Assembly: GCA_018649885.1 (NCBI GenBank)
Contig: JABIHA010000076.1
Coordinates: 1-64,000 of the forward strand
Origin: Bacteriovoracaceae bacterium
GTDB taxonomy: Bacteria > Bdellovibrionota > Bacteriovoracia > Bacteriovoracales > Bacteriovoracaceae
Length of the DNA stretch: 64,000 nt
Direction of reading: 5' to 3'
In this document: piece after piece, positions 29,305 through 43,550 of the stretch
How positions within the stretch are numbered: position 1 is the first letter of the stretch
Layout: each line of letters begins with the position of its first letter
Notes under the pieces: generated by a model
Database searches by the model: none
Told to the model about the DNA's origin: nothing
The model's input: only the letters and a program-made list of their open reading frames with translations
Position numbers and translations under genes: made by a program

Positions 29305-30417
29305 ATGTCGGACTACAAAATCTCAAAAATGCAATTGACCAATTTTAGAAATCTCGGAGGAGAGACAATATCTTTTTCTAAGGGTATAAATTGTATATTG
29401 GGTGAAAATGGTAACGGTAAAACAAATTTATTAGAGGCCATATATTTTTTAATTAATCGAAAATCTTTTCGTAAAAACGCAGCTTTTCCACAAATACTTA
29501 GTATAGATGGGGAGAACCAGGAAATATATTTTTCTTCCACGATAGAGAATGTGAATGAAGATGTTGTTCACTCTGTATCAGGGAAATGGAATAAAGATGG
29601 TGGCAGTTGGTATATAGATGGGAGGCCTTCTAAAAGAAAAATGCCAATAGGCTCGATTTTAATTAATCCATTCGATTCTTTTAATTTCCACAGCAAACCT
29701 CAATTTAGAAGAAAGCTAATTGACCAACTGGCAGGAGATCTGTCTAAAGAATTTAAAAAAGTACTAAATAGGTATCAAAAATCACTCATTTTTAGGAATG
29801 GGCTTCTTTCTAAAAAACCCTCCAAGTATTTAGAGCAAATTAAAATTATAAGCGTAGAGCTTGCAGAGGTATCTGCCCAGTTAACGAGAATGCGCCTAGA
29901 GTTTCTTAACAAGTTAAATGAAAAAGTGGGGGAAACCTTTAAAAATATTTTTTCAGAATCACACATTATGTCACTCGAACTAGAGACAAAGTGTGGTGGG
30001 TGGAAAAAAGAAGATTTTATAAATAAGTGGGAACAAGACCTACAAAAAGATTTAATCCTAGGTTTCACTAAAAGTGGAGTTCATAAAGATGATTTCCATT
30101 TCTATATGGACGGTTTTAATTCATTTGATTATTGCTCGCTAGGCCAACAAAAAATGAGCTTTTTAAGCCTTATATTTTCCTATGTAGAGCTTTTTAATGA
30201 AGGAGTGGGTCATTATCCTGTTCTTTTAATAGACGACGTATCAGGGGAGCTTGATAAGGAACGGTGGAGAAAACTTGTTTCTTTTCTCGAACGGCGCAGC
30301 TTTCAAATTTTTATTACCACAGCAAATGAAGAATTTAGGCGTGAATTGGCAAGAATTCCGCTAGCACAAAAATTTCATATCAAGTCGGGTCATATCAGCA
30401 ACGAAACATTCATTTAG
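29305..30417 (+). CDS. recF: DNA replication/repair protein RecF
   Basis: NFRNL, GENGNGKTNLLEAI, SLGQQK, LLIDDVSGELD. Confidence 0.95.
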   Translation: MSDYKISKMQLTNFRNLGGETISFSKGINCILGENGNGKTNLLEAIYFLINRKSFRKNAAFPQILSIDGENQEIYFSSTIENVNEDVVHSVSGKWNKDGGSWYIDGRPSKRKMPIGSILINPFDSFNFHSKPQFRRKLIDQLAGDLSKEFKKVLNRYQKSLIFRNGLLSKKPSKYLEQIKIISVELAEVSAQLTRMRLEFLNKLNEKVGETFKNIFSESHIMSLELETKCGGWKKEDFINKWEQDLQKDLILGFTKSGVHKDDFHFYMDGFNSFDYCSLGQQKMSFLSLIFSYVELFNEGVGHYPVLLIDDVSGELDKERWRKLVSFLERRSFQIFITTANEEFRRELARIPLAQKFHIKSGHISNETFI

Positions 30418-30463
30418 AAGCTAAAAATAAGCTGTTTTGAGCAATTAATAGGTTCGCAAATAG

Positions 30464-32971
<2,508 letters not shown>

Positions 32972-32991
32972 AAATAACGGATGATATAAAA

Positions 32992-35457
32992 ATGGATGAA
33001 AATACGACCCCAAAAGATATAAGTCCCGTTTCTATTCAAACAGAAATGAGAGAGTGTTACCTAGATTATGCAATGTCTGTGATAATAGGAAGAGCACTTC
33101 CTGATGTTAGAGATGGACTTAAGCCTGTGCACAGAAGAGCACTTTTTTCTATGCATAAACTAGGTAATTATCACAATAAAGCATTTGTTAAATCAGCAAG
33201 AGTTGTTGGTGATGTGATAGGTAAATACCACCCACACGGTGATTCTGCTGTTTACAATACTATTGTTAGACTAGCTCAGCCATTTTCTATGAGATATACG
33301 TTAGTAGATGGGCAGGGAAATTTTGGCTCAGTTGATGGTGATAACCCTGCGGCTATGAGGTACACAGAAATTCGGATGAAAAAATTATCCGAAGAAATGC
33401 TTAAAGATATAGATAAAGAAACTGTTGAGTGGCAGCCTAACTATGACGATTCACTTGTTGAGCCTGTAGTTCTTCCAAGTAAAATTCCTAATTTATTAAT
33501 CAATGGTTCTGCGGGTATTGCTGTTGGTATGGCCACAAATATTCCTCCTCATAATCTTACTGAAGTTATGACCGCTTTAATCGGACTCATTGATAATAAA
33601 GAGATGAGTATCGCTGAATTAATGGAGATTATTCCTGGACCAGATTTTCCTACAGGCGGAAGTATTCACGGGATTGAAGGTATTAGATCAGCCTATCACA
33701 CCGGAAAGGGGATTATTCAAATCCGGGCGAAAGCTGAAATTGAACCATTTGGAAAAACTGGAGATAGAGAAAGAATTATTATTCACGAAATACCTTATCA
33801 AGTGAATAAAGCTAGATTTATTGAAAAGGTTGCTGAATTAGTAAATACTAAGGCCTTAACAGGTATCTCAGATATTAGAGATGAATCAAATAAATTAGGT
33901 ATAAGAGTTGTTATTGATCTTAAAAGAGGAGAAATGGGACAGGTTATTCTCAATAAACTCTATAAGAATACACAGCTTCAAGTTTCATTTGGAATTATTT
34001 TTCTTTCAATTTACCATGGTCAGCCAAAGGTCATGGATTTAAAAACTCAGCTTTTGGCATTCATGGATCATCGTCGTGAAGTCGTAATAAGAAGAACAAT
34101 TTTTGATCTAAAAAAGGCGAAAGAAAGAGCTCACCTTTTAGAAGGTTTGAAAATTGCGGTTGAAAATATCGATGCGATCATTGAAATGATTAAGGCTTCA
34201 GAAGGTCCAAATCAAGCTCGCGCTTCATTAATGTCCGGTTACTCTTTATCAGAAAAACAAGCACAAGCTATTTTAGATATGAGACTACAAAGGCTTACTG
34301 GTCTAGAGCGGGATAAGATTTTAAAAGATTACAAAGATATTTTAGCCGAAATTGGCCGATTAGAGGGAATTCTTAGTTCTGATAGTGAAGTTAGTAATAT
34401 TATTAAAGATGAATTTCAAACCATTCTTGAATCTTATGGTGATGAAAGAAAAACAGATATCGTTGGCAAGGCCAATGAAATTCAGATGAAAGATTTGATT
34501 AAAAATGAAGAGGTAATCGTCACTATAACCCATAAAGGTTATATCAAAAGGATGAGCCTCGATACTTACAAATCACAAAGAAGAGGCGGAACAGGAGTTA
34601 AAGGGGCTGCAGCAACGGACGATTGGTTCACTAATCTGTTTACAGTATACACACATTCAAATATTTTAATTGCGACCAGCAGGGGATCAGTATTTTCTCT
34701 TCCTGTTTATCAAATTCCTGAAGGAACAAGGACGGCCAAAGGTAGAAACCTTGTGAATCTTGTTAGTGTTGCTCCAGGCGAAACAATTAAAGCGATTATC
34801 CCACTACCAGACGATTACACAGAAAAATATCTCATCTTTTGTACAAAAAGAGGGGTCGTAAAAAGATCAGAGTTAAGCCAGTACAAAAATATAAAAAGCA
34901 GTGGTCTTAAAGGTATTAAGGTTGTCGATGGTGATGCCATTGTCGATGTAAGAGTATCAAATGGTAAGCACGATATATTGATTGCAGCATCTTCTGGTAA
35001 GAGTATCCGTTTTAGTGAAGATGACTGTCGGGCAATGGGTAGAGTTTCTCAAGGCGTAAGGGGAATAACTTTAACTACAAAAGAGCATGTCATTGGTATG
35101 GAAATTATTACTGATGATGATCAAATACTTTCTGTGACAGAAAATGGTTATGGTAAACGAACTGAAGCTAAAGAATATAGGCAACAAAGTAGAGGTGGTA
35201 AGGGGATACTAGCTATGAAGCTTACCTCTAAAACAGGTGACATCATTCAGATGCTTCCTGTTAGTGATAAAGATGATCTAATGATTATCACTGATAAGGG
35301 CCAGGTAATTAGAACAAATATTTCTGGAATCTCCTTAATGGGAAGAACAACTCAGGGTGTGCGTCTTATTAATCTGAAAACCGAAGAGAAAGTTGTCTGT
35401 GTTGAAAAAATTGTTGATCCAGCTGAGGAGCCGGCAATAAATGAAGAAGAATTATAG
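32992..35457 (+). CDS. gyrA: DNA gyrase subunit A
   Basis: [22 protein letters not shown], GyrA-box QRRGGTG. Confidence 0.99.
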   Translation: MDENTTPKDISPVSIQTEMRECYLDYAMSVIIGRALPDVRDGLKPVHRRALFSMHKLGNYHNKAFVKSARVVGDVIGKYHPHGDSAVYNTIVRLAQPFSMRYTLVDGQGNFGSVDGDNPAAMRYTEIRMKKLSEEMLKDIDKETVEWQPNYDDSLVEPVVLPSKIPNLLINGSAGIAVGMATNIPPHNLTEVMTALIGLIDNKEMSIAELMEIIPGPDFPTGGSIHGIEGIRSAYHTGKGIIQIRAKAEIEPFGKTGDRERIIIHEIPYQVNKARFIEKVAELVNTKALTGISDIRDESNKLGIRVVIDLKRGEMGQVILNKLYKNTQLQVSFGIIFLSIYHGQPKVMDLKTQLLAFMDHRREVVIRRTIFDLKKAKERAHLLEGLKIAVENIDAIIEMIKASEGPNQARASLMSGYSLSEKQAQAILDMRLQRLTGLERDKILKDYKDILAEIGRLEGILSSDSEVSNIIKDEFQTILESYGDERKTDIVGKANEIQMKDLIKNEEVIVTITHKGYIKRMSLDTYKSQRRGGTGVKGAAATDDWFTNLFTVYTHSNILIATSRGSVFSLPVYQIPEGTRTAKGRNLVNLVSVAPGETIKAIIPLPDDYTEKYLIFCTKRGVVKRSELSQYKNIKSSGLKGIKVVDGDAIVDVRVSNGKHDILIAASSGKSIRFSEDDCRAMGRVSQGVRGITLTTKEHVIGMEIITDDDQILSVTENGYGKRTEAKEYRQQSRGGKGILAMKLTSKTGDIIQMLPVSDKDDLMIITDKGQVIRTNISGISLMGRTTQGVRLINLKTEEKVVCVEKIVDPAEEPAINEEEL

Positions 35458-36262
35458 ATTAAATAAGACCAGCGGCAATATATACAAAGTAATATGTATT
35501 GCCATTCTGGGCCTAGTTTTAGGCTGTGACTTTTCCGCTAGAATAAATAAAGAAATCATTCTTGCTCAGACAGCTTTTAATAATCAAAATTATAAAAGAG
35601 CTGCCTTTATCTATGAGCAAATTTTAAAAAGAAATCCTCCCATTCAAGTGAAAACCAAAATTCATTATCAATTGGGTGATTTGTACAGCTTGCACCTGGG
35701 GTTATGGGACAAATCGATTGTTCATTTCAAAGAAATTATTGCAAAAGCTAATATACCGCTTTGGAAGGTAAAGGCCGAGGAAAAGCTTGGGGAAATTTAT
35801 TTTTCACACACAAAAGATTTCAATGCTTCCGCTGAAATTTATAGAGAATTGTCAGAGTTTGTTCCAAAGCTAATGGGCCAAGATTTTTATGAGTTAAGGT
35901 TAGGAGTGTCCCTGCTCTATGCAAATAAATTTACACGAAGTGAATCAGTTTTTAACAATATTAGAAGCAACGTAGGACATACGTACTACATTCGTTCAAA
36001 ATATTTTCTAGGACTCAATTATTTTCACCAGAAGCTTTGGAAGGGTGCAATAGTTGAATGGAAGACCTATATCATTGAAGAAAAGCGCTCTGACTATGTG
36101 GTCCAAACAAAATTCTTATTAGCTAATACTTATGAATCCACTGAAGATTTAAAAAAAGCCTACAATATCTATTACAATATTCTGAATGAGTACCCCAACC
36201 CCCAAGTGATTAAAAATCGTCTAAAGTCTTTATATTCGAGACGGGTTGCACGAAAAAGATGA
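35441..36262 (+). CDS. TPR lipoprotein (BamD/CpoB-like repeats)
   Basis: Lipobox VLG-C after a hydrophobic stretch; TPR-like helices ([24 protein letters not shown]). Confidence 0.75.
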   Translation: MKKNYRLNKTSGNIYKVICIAILGLVLGCDFSARINKEIILAQTAFNNQNYKRAAFIYEQILKRNPPIQVKTKIHYQLGDLYSLHLGLWDKSIVHFKEIIAKANIPLWKVKAEEKLGEIYFSHTKDFNASAEIYRELSEFVPKLMGQDFYELRLGVSLLYANKFTRSESVFNNIRSNVGHTYYIRSKYFLGLNYFHQKLWKGAIVEWKTYIIEEKRSDYVVQTKFLLANTYESTEDLKKAYNIYYNILNEYPNPQVIKNRLKSLYSRRVARKR

Positions 36263-36462
36263 TCAGGCTGACCCGTAAATCAGCTAGACTCATCGGGTTA
36301 GTTTTGGGTTTTCCATCAGGGCTTCTTTGCTTGTCATGGATAGGGTATGGTTTTGTTCAAAATGGAACGATTTCTACAAATATGTATGTTGGAATCGTAC
36401 TTTCTGTAATATTTGGTTTTTTGGTAACTTTGATTGTTTATGGACTTAAAAGAAAAAATTAA
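36259..36462 (+). CDS. small two-TM protein, AtpZ/AtpQ-like
   Basis: Two hydrophobic helices with IGY motif; positioned before atpI-atpB. Confidence 0.6.
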   Translation: MIRLTRKSARLIGLVLGFPSGLLCLSWIGYGFVQNGTISTNMYVGIVLSVIFGFLVTLIVYGLKRKN

Positions 36463-36820
36463 TTTCAAAAAATATTTTACTATTTCCCTCCTTGTGACAG
36501 GAAGCATTAGTCTATTTTTCCGCGAAGACCAAAATATACTAATCGCCATTTGGGTGATGTATGCGGGTACGGTTGCAAACCATCTTCTTCTTGTAAAAGG
36601 TATTTTGCTATTAACAGATAGCGAAAAACACAAAGTTAGCACCGCAAAAAAAAATATGCTGGTAAAAGTGCTAATTAGTCTTGCAAGTAAGTTTGGCGTT
36701 ATGGTTCTAGCTATATTCATAAGTGTACAATTTGTGCAATCTGCGATAATAATTCCCATTACTAACTACTTGATTCAAATAGCAGTTTTAGGACTTTGCC
36801 TAAAAAAGGCTCATGAGTGA
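36440..36820 (+). CDS. atpI: ATP synthase protein I-like membrane protein
   Basis: About four TM helices, 'SKF' before TM3; immediately precedes atpB. Confidence 0.65.
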   Translation: MDLKEKINFKKYFTISLLVTGSISLFFREDQNILIAIWVMYAGTVANHLLLVKGILLLTDSEKHKVSTAKKNMLVKVLISLASKFGVMVLAIFISVQFVQSAIIIPITNYLIQIAVLGLCLKKAHE

Positions 36821-37611
36821 AAAAGACAATTTTTTCGACGTTTTTATTTTTTAACTTGATCCCGAATTTATATGCAAGTGAAGGGGCTTTTACCTGGATT
36901 TCAGCTATCTCTGGGAAGCTTGGCTACCATTATCCTGAACATGTAATGACCTTTTCATTAATTACTATTATTTTGGTGTCAGTAGGGCTCGTTTACAGAG
37001 CAAAGCTTGCAAGTGCCAAGAATGTAATTATTCCAGATTCTGGAACAACGACTAGAAATATAATTGAAGCTTTCGGTGATTTTATTATGAATCAGTGTAA
37101 AGCAGTTATTGGTGAAAAAGACGGACCTAAATATTTTTCAACAATAGCCTTTTTCTTTATTTTTATTTTTCTTTCAAATGTCATTGGTTTGATCCCAGGA
37201 TTCTTGCCACCCACTGAAAACTTGAATACGACATTTGCTTTAGGTATTTTTTCGTTTGTTTATTATAATGTTCAAGGTTGCAGAGCTCAGGGAGTTGTAA
37301 ACTATATAAAGCACTTTGCAGGTCCACTTTGGTATATGGCCATTTTAATTTTTCCAATTGAAATTCTCTCAAGTCTTTTTAGACCTATGTCTCTTGGTTT
37401 GAGGTTGTTTGGGAACATGATGGGTGACCACAGAGTTTTGAGTACATTTACCGAATTGTCTGAGCCAATGTGGATTCCAATTCCTGTAATTTTTCTAGCT
37501 CTTGGACTGCTTGTTTGTTTTATTCAAGCTTATGTTTTTACAATGTTATCGATGGTTTATATTTCATTGGCCGTAAGTCACCAAGATCATGGTGATGATC
37601 ACGGGCATTAA
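36817..37611 (+). CDS. atpB: ATP synthase subunit a
   Basis: NVIGLIPG, RPMSLGLRLFGNM (essential Arg), IQAYVFTMLSMVY. Confidence 0.97.
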   Translation: MKKTIFSTFLFFNLIPNLYASEGAFTWISAISGKLGYHYPEHVMTFSLITIILVSVGLVYRAKLASAKNVIIPDSGTTTRNIIEAFGDFIMNQCKAVIGEKDGPKYFSTIAFFFIFIFLSNVIGLIPGFLPPTENLNTTFALGIFSFVYYNVQGCRAQGVVNYIKHFAGPLWYMAILIFPIEILSSLFRPMSLGLRLFGNMMGDHRVLSTFTELSEPMWIPIPVIFLALGLLVCFIQAYVFTMLSMVYISLAVSHQDHGDDHGH

Positions 37612-37650
37612 AATTTAACTGTTTTAATTTAATAAATACGAGGTATTTTG

Positions 37651-37953
37651 ATGAAAAAATTATTATTTGTTTTAGTATGTTTAACAGCTTCTGCTTCAGT
37701 TCTTGCAGAAGGAACTGCTCCTTCAACTGGTGGCGAACTTAGATATTTCGCTTACTTTTTTGCTGTCGCTATTGCTGCTCTTGGTGGAACTCAAGCTCAA
37801 TCACGTGCTGCTTCTACTGCACTTGAAGGAATCGCTAGAAACCCAGCTGCTGCTGACAAGCTTCAAACACCAATGATTCTTGGTCTTGCACTTATGGAGT
37901 CACTTGTGATTTTTACTTTGATTTCAGTTTTCCTTACAGGATCACTTAAGTAA
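37651..37953 (+). CDS. atpE: ATP synthase subunit c
   Basis: EGIARNP loop, LALMESL carboxylate; SD GAGG before the ATG at 37651. Confidence 0.96.
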   Translation: MKKLLFVLVCLTASASVLAEGTAPSTGGELRYFAYFFAVAIAALGGTQAQSRAASTALEGIARNPAAADKLQTPMILGLALMESLVIFTLISVFLTGSLK

Positions 37954-37979
37954 TTTTAAATTTAAAAGTTTTTATAATC

Positions 37980-38012
37980 GGCCCGCTCTAGTTCATTGGA
38001 TGCGGGCTTTTT
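37980..38012 (+). terminator. intrinsic terminator between convergent atpE and uvrA
   Basis: GCCCGC...GCGGGC stem followed by TTTTT. Confidence 0.8.
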
Positions 38013-40821
38013 ATTTTTTGAGCATTTTTTTAAGATATTTACCTGTATGCGACTTAGTTAGCTTAGAAATTTCTTCAGGAGTGCCCTTAGCAACAACTTC
38101 TCCGCCTTTATCACCTCCCTCGGGACCAAGATCAATTATCCAGTCAGCGCATTTTATCACGTCTAGGTTGTGCTCAATGACTAGTACTGTGTGTCCTTGA
38201 TCAATTAATGCTTGAAGAGAATTTAGTAGCAACATAATATCTTGAAAATGTAGACCTGTAGTGGGTTCATCTAAAACGTAGAAGCAGTGGCCCTTGGGTC
38301 TCTTGGCCAATTCTTTTGAAAGTTTAAGCCTTTGCGCCTCTCCGCCAGAAAGAGTTGTAGCAGGCTGACCTAACTTCATATAGCCCAACCCAACACTATA
38401 TAATGTGTTAAGAACTCGATAGATTCTAGGTTGGTTTACAAATAAATCTCTGGCCTCCTCGATTGTTAGATCGAGTATTTCAGCAATATTTTTGCCCTTG
38501 TATAAAACGCAGAGAGTCTCATTGTTGTACCTATTACCATTGCATATTGTACAAGTGACAAATACATCGGGGAGAAAATGCATTTCGATTTTTTTTACGC
38601 CATTACCTTCACATTCATCGCACCTTCCTCCTTTGACATTGAAGCTAAAGCGTCCTGGTTTGTAGCCTCTAACTTTAGACTCATTGGTTTGAGAAAATAA
38701 TGTTCTAATTGGATCAAATAAACCGCTGTATGTTGCGGGGTTTGAGTTTGGAGTTCTACCTATGGGCGATTGATCTAGCTCAATAACAGATTGAATTTGA
38801 TCTACACCTGTTAAAGAGTTGTAATAGATATTCTTTGGCTGAGGATTTCTCTTTAAGCTAGCCTTTACTCCGGGAACTAATATTTCATGAATAAGTGTTG
38901 ATTTACCAGAGCCTGAAACACCTGTAATACAAAGAAAGCCCCCTAATGGAAATTCAATACTTAAATCTTCAATATTATTTTTAGTGGCACCACTAATTTT
39001 TAAACTCTGATGGAGTGTCCTTCGACTTGCAGGAATCTCAATTCTTTTTTTATGTGAGAGGTATTTTCCTGTTAGCGATTTTGAATTGTTGCAAATTGAT
39101 TTAAAATCTCCCTTAGCTACAATATTACCGCCATGTATTCCTGCCCCAGGCCCCATATCAAAAATAAAATCAGCGGCCTTCATGGTTTCCTCATCATGCT
39201 CCACAACTATAACTGTGTTTCCAAGATCTCTAAGGTGCTTCAATGTCCTTATGAGTTTATTATTGTCACGTTGATGAAGGCCAATTGAAGGTTCGTCCAG
39301 AACATATAAAACCCCAGAAAGAGCAGATCCAATTTGTGTTGCAAGCCGGATCCTTTGTGCTTCTCCTCCAGATAGGGTGGTGGCAGATCTACCTAAATTT
39401 AAATAGTGAAGGCCTACATCCATCATAAAAATTAAGCGGCTATCGATTTCTTTGAGTAATTTGCTGGCAATGACATTTCGCTCCCCTGTGAATTTTAAAC
39501 TTGAAGAGAACTTTAATGAGTTTTCAATAGTCATATCATTAATGTCCATAATGGACTTATCATTAATAGTGGTTCCAAGTGCAAATGCATTTAGTCTTTG
39601 GCCTTTGCAGCTGGTACAGGTATTAATATCCATTAGTTTTTCAAGTTCAATTTTTTTGTTGTCTGAAGAAGTCTCTTTATATTTTTTATCGATCCAATTT
39701 ATTAGCCCGGGAAACTTTTTCTTGAAATTGAAATTAGAGTTTTCTGATTCAAAAGAATAATTATAAACTTTGCTTGATCCTTCAAATAAAGTAGTAAGGA
39801 ATTTCTTAGGAAGCTCTTTTAATGGCAAATTAAGATCAGCACCATCTTGCTCAGCAATACATCGAATCATTTGCATTAGAAATCCCATCTTAGTAACTTT
39901 GGGATTGAATCCTCCGCTTTGCAGAGGAAGAGAGGGGTCAAATATCACTTTGTCTTTGGTGAACTCTCTTGTGACTCCAAGGCCGTTGCACTTTTTACAG
40001 GCACCAAGTGGGGAGTTGAAAGAGAATAATCTTGGCTCTAATTCTGGAAATGAGATATCGCATTTTCCACAGTAATTGTGCTCACTATAGTATTTCTCTT
40101 CATTGTCTAAAAGGAGTATTAGGTGGCCACTACTCATTTTTAAGGCTGTTTCGATTGAGTCTACAAGTCTTGATTTAATTCCTTTTTTTACAAGGATGCG
40201 ATCAATAATAAGCTCTATATTGTGAAATTTATTTTTGTCGAGTTTTATAGAATCGTCGAGAACAGTTGTTTCTCCATCTATTCTTGCCTTGGTAAACCCG
40301 AGAGATAAAAATTTAGCAATTAGCTCTCTATGCTCACCCTTTTTGTTTCTAATAACAGGGGAGATTATTTGAATTTTTGTTTTTTCTGGTAATCGGATAA
40401 CCTTCGCCACAATTTTTTGAGGGCTTTGTTTTTGTACTTTGATCTTGCAGTCAGGACAATGAGCGTCCCCTACTCGTGCGAAAAGTATTCTTAAATAGTC
40501 GTAAATTTCTGTAACTGTGCCTACCGTAGACCTTGGGTTTCTTGTGGTTGATTTTTGGTCAATAGCAATTGCTGGCGATAATCCTGTTATACTTTCAACT
40601 TCTGGAGGTTGGAATTGACCCAGAAATTGCCTTGCATAACTTGAAAGAGATTCAATATATCTTCTTTGCCCTTCAACATAGATGGTGTCAAAGGCAAGAG
40701 AGGATTTTCCTGAACCCGATGGCCCGGTTATGACAGTCAGTGTATTTTTTGGAATTTCGAGTGAAATACTGTTGAGGTTATGAACCTTTGCTCCACTAAT
40801 CGTAATGGTATTTATTGTCAT
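38011..40821 (-). CDS. uvrA: excinuclease ABC subunit A
   Basis: Two ABC cassettes ([22 protein letters not shown]), LSGGEAQR twice, zinc fingers, FSFN motifs. Confidence 0.99.
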   Translation of the reverse strand: MTINTITISGAKVHNLNSISLEIPKNTLTVITGPSGSGKSSLAFDTIYVEGQRRYIESLSSYARQFLGQFQPPEVESITGLSPAIAIDQKSTTRNPRSTVGTVTEIYDYLRILFARVGDAHCPDCKIKVQKQSPQKIVAKVIRLPEKTKIQIISPVIRNKKGEHRELIAKFLSLGFTKARIDGETTVLDDSIKLDKNKFHNIELIIDRILVKKGIKSRLVDSIETALKMSSGHLILLLDNEEKYYSEHNYCGKCDISFPELEPRLFSFNSPLGACKKCNGLGVTREFTKDKVIFDPSLPLQSGGFNPKVTKMGFLMQMIRCIAEQDGADLNLPLKELPKKFLTTLFEGSSKVYNYSFESENSNFNFKKKFPGLINWIDKKYKETSSDNKKIELEKLMDINTCTSCKGQRLNAFALGTTINDKSIMDINDMTIENSLKFSSSLKFTGERNVIASKLLKEIDSRLIFMMDVGLHYLNLGRSATTLSGGEAQRIRLATQIGSALSGVLYVLDEPSIGLHQRDNNKLIRTLKHLRDLGNTVIVVEHDEETMKAADFIFDMGPGAGIHGGNIVAKGDFKSICNNSKSLTGKYLSHKKRIEIPASRRTLHQSLKISGATKNNIEDLSIEFPLGGFLCITGVSGSGKSTLIHEILVPGVKASLKRNPQPKNIYYNSLTGVDQIQSVIELDQSPIGRTPNSNPATYSGLFDPIRTLFSQTNESKVRGYKPGRFSFNVKGGRCDECEGNGVKKIEMHFLPDVFVTCTICNGNRYNNETLCVLYKGKNIAEILDLTIEEARDLFVNQPRIYRVLNTLYSVGLGYMKLGQPATTLSGGEAQRLKLSKELAKRPKGHCFYVLDEPTTGLHFQDIMLLLNSLQALIDQGHTVLVIEHNLDVIKCADWIIDLGPEGGDKGGEVVAKGTPEEISKLTKSHTGKYLKKMLKK

Positions 40822-40827
40822 ATTAAT

Positions 40828-41721
40828 TTATCCCTCATGAAGCTTTAGGGTCTTGTCTAATAAACTTAGGCATCCAGAATAATTGGAGGTATTTTTTCCA
40901 TACTTTTCAAACGCTGTTCCATGATCAACGCTTAGTCTTGTAAAAGGAAGACCTAGAGTAATATTATATCCATTAAGACCATTTACACCTTTAAATGCAG
41001 ATAGACCCTGATCATGTGAAGAATAAACTAAAAGCTCATCTTCAAATTGTGAATGATGGTACAGAAAGTCTCCTGAGAAGGGGCCCAGAAACTCAACTAG
41101 AGGAAAATCTTTTCTTAGAGTCTCCATGGCAGTTGTAATGGTGTTTTCATCATTTCCAAGTAGTCCATTTTCTCCGCAGTGTGGATTTATTCCAGAAAAG
41201 ATTACTTTTCTAAATTTTTTAAAGACTCCACTTTTGTCATTAAGAACAAGTGACACTTTTTTTAAAATGAGATCAATGGTTATTGTTTTAGTGATTTCAT
41301 CTATTGGAATATGGTCTGTTAAAAGGAGTAGGCTTTTTGGACCAAAGTTAAATAGCATAGATATATTTTGGTTACCATAGAATGCTCTAAAAAACTCAGT
41401 GTGGCCTTTTTGAACAACGCCTTGATGGAAGAGTTGGTCTTTTGAAGTTGGCAGCGTGATTAAAAGATCACCTTTACTAATATTGTTAATACATGATTTT
41501 AAGCTGTGATCACTAAATGTGTGGTCACTATTTGAGATATTGGTAATATTCAGCTCAAGCTCTTCACGACTGATTTTTGTTGTGATTAGATTTTGCTCTA
41601 ACGAATTTTGGTCAATATAGAGATGGAATTTTTTCTGATCTTTTTTTGATAAACAAAGAATAGATTTTAAAAAAACCTCAATTCCAATTCCATGTTCATG
41701 TCCTTGTGAAACATAAATCAT
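40828..41721 (-). CDS. pdxA: 4-hydroxythreonine-4-phosphate dehydrogenase family
   Basis: GHTEF, NPHCGE, HDQG, NITLGLPF, SVDHGTAF. Confidence 0.9.
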   Translation of the reverse strand: MIYVSQGHEHGIGIEVFLKSILCLSKKDQKKFHLYIDQNSLEQNLITTKISREELELNITNISNSDHTFSDHSLKSCINNISKGDLLITLPTSKDQLFHQGVVQKGHTEFFRAFYGNQNISMLFNFGPKSLLLLTDHIPIDEITKTITIDLILKKVSLVLNDKSGVFKKFRKVIFSGINPHCGENGLLGNDENTITTAMETLRKDFPLVEFLGPFSGDFLYHHSQFEDELLVYSSHDQGLSAFKGVNGLNGYNITLGLPFTRLSVDHGTAFEKYGKNTSNYSGCLSLLDKTLKLHEG

Positions 41722-41722
41722 T

Positions 41723-42625
41723 TTAGTTAAAGGTATTGGTATAGTACTTATTCTTTTCTCTTAAGATCCAATTTTCTGCAATTGATCTTGCTCTACCTTC
41801 AAAGATTCTTGCCTTGATTCTTGGTTTTGCTTTTTGATAAATATCTGTTTCAGCAAGGTCTTTCTTAGAGACAAAGAAAACATTAACCAAGTCGTCACTA
41901 ACAACAGGCAGGCTGAATGAGCCTTCTTCAGTCGATTTGACGGCCTTAAGAATATCTTTAGTTAACCCCTCTTCGGTAACATCGCCAAGGTCAGTTGTTT
42001 CTATGGTTTTATAACTATCGGGAAGGATTCCTGTTAGTTTGTATTGCTTCATTACTTCTGGAAAGCGCTCAATTTCTTTTTGAGTAAGAAGACCTTTTTT
42101 AAGCCCAAACACTACAAGTTTAAACTTCATGGCCACAGTTTGATCGCCAACGAAAGATTTAAAGAACTCATTTTTCACTTCTTGATCAGTAATTGAAATT
42201 AGAGGTGAAATTACTTGCTGGTAGAAATAAATATACTCAATCGAGTTTCGAATCATTTCAAAGTAATCATCGTATTTAAAACCCTTAGTACTTAGGATGG
42301 CCATAAGGGTTTGCCTAGGTACGCCAAGCTGCTTTATTCGATTTTCTACTTCTTCATCGCTGATTATATAGCCAAGTTTGTTCAGTGATTTTTTAATAAT
42401 TATTGAATCAACCTTGAGCTTGGTAATTTCTCTTACGCTATATTTAGTTTTAGTATAAATTTGTGGAAGAATTTCTCTTCTTTCTTGGATTGTATTTTGA
42501 ATTCGTTTGATTTCAGAAAGAGTGACAACTTGGTCATCAATAACGGCTATGATTTTATCTAATAATCTTGCGTGTACTCCGGTGCAAATCAAAAAAGTAA
42601 AAATAGTTCCAATGAGCGTTCTCAT
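41723..42625 (-). CDS. SurA-like periplasmic chaperone
   Basis: Signal peptide then LLDKIIAVIDDQVVTLSE (SurA N-domain); degenerate parvulin region; precedes pdxA. The ATG at 42625 has SD AAGGA. Confidence 0.8.
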   Translation of the reverse strand: MRTLIGTIFTFLICTGVHARLLDKIIAVIDDQVVTLSEIKRIQNTIQERREILPQIYTKTKYSVREITKLKVDSIIIKKSLNKLGYIISDEEVENRIKQLGVPRQTLMAILSTKGFKYDDYFEMIRNSIEYIYFYQQVISPLISITDQEVKNEFFKSFVGDQTVAMKFKLVVFGLKKGLLTQKEIERFPEVMKQYKLTGILPDSYKTIETTDLGDVTEEGLTKDILKAVKSTEEGSFSLPVVSDDLVNVFFVSKKDLAETDIYQKAKPRIKARIFEGRARSIAENWILREKNKYYTNTFN

Positions 42626-42683
42626 GTGGGCTTCCTTGTTAGAGGCACCCATGACTATGGCAAATGGGTGCTAATAAGTCAGG

Positions 42684-43508
42684 CTATTTTAAGTACTTTT
42701 TCTCGATTTTGATAGTGGCACCATTTCTTAGGTCCGCGTAATAGTTTTCTATAATTTTGTCTCGTTTTTGGTCATATAGAAGCTTTTTATAGAAATCCAT
42801 GTTGATATTCTTGTAACCCTTGGTGCCGAGCACCTTGATTATGTGCCAGCCAAACTGACTTTTTACAGGCTTACTTATGAAGCCCTTTTGCTTGCCACTG
42901 ATTGCATTATAGTAGTTAGGGTCAAGCCTAACTTTTGGTTGGTATCCTATATCTCCACCATTGGGGGCGGTAGAGCCTTGGGTAAACTTGTTGGCAAGTT
43001 GTGAAAATTTCTTTGGACTTTTTCTTACTTTAGAATAGATTTTATCGATTTGTTTTTTGGCCTTAGTGAAGACAGCGTCCCCTCCAACAGTTGGAACTTT
43101 TATTAAAATATGTGCCGTTCTGTACTCTGCATTTTTCTTATAATATTTTTCTACTTCACCATCGTTCACAGTTATTTTTTTTAACTCAGGTTCTAGATCT
43201 TTTGAAACTTGTGCGTGATAGAGAACATCTTCCATCTTCTGCCTTACAAGCCCATCTTTATGAAGCTTAGCTTTGTAGGCCCTATCAATTCCTAAAACTC
43301 GATTGATAATTTGATTTAAAAGTCTTTGTTTTGTTACCTTGTGGGTAGTGAGAACAAGCTTTGATTGTTTAAATTTTTGATCAAGTTCTGCATAATAAAT
43401 GGGCTTTCCATTTACTCTCGCAATAACATCATTTGGGCTGGCTTTAGCAAATAAAATTGCCGGAAAAAGCACTAAACTTAAGAGGATTAGTAGTCTCTTG
43501 TATTTCAT
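42684..43508 (-). CDS. PpiC/parvulin-type peptidyl-prolyl isomerase (PrsA-like)
   Basis: Signal peptide, IARVNG, AHILI, GGDIG, SKPVKSQFGWHIIK. Confidence 0.92.
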   Translation of the reverse strand: MKYKRLLILLSLVLFPAILFAKASPNDVIARVNGKPIYYAELDQKFKQSKLVLTTHKVTKQRLLNQIINRVLGIDRAYKAKLHKDGLVRQKMEDVLYHAQVSKDLEPELKKITVNDGEVEKYYKKNAEYRTAHILIKVPTVGGDAVFTKAKKQIDKIYSKVRKSPKKFSQLANKFTQGSTAPNGGDIGYQPKVRLDPNYYNAISGKQKGFISKPVKSQFGWHIIKVLGTKGYKNINMDFYKKLLYDQKRDKIIENYYADLRNGATIKIEKKYLK

Positions 43509-43550
43509 CTTTCCATCCTAGAATAAAAAACAATTTCTCTAGTTAAAACG

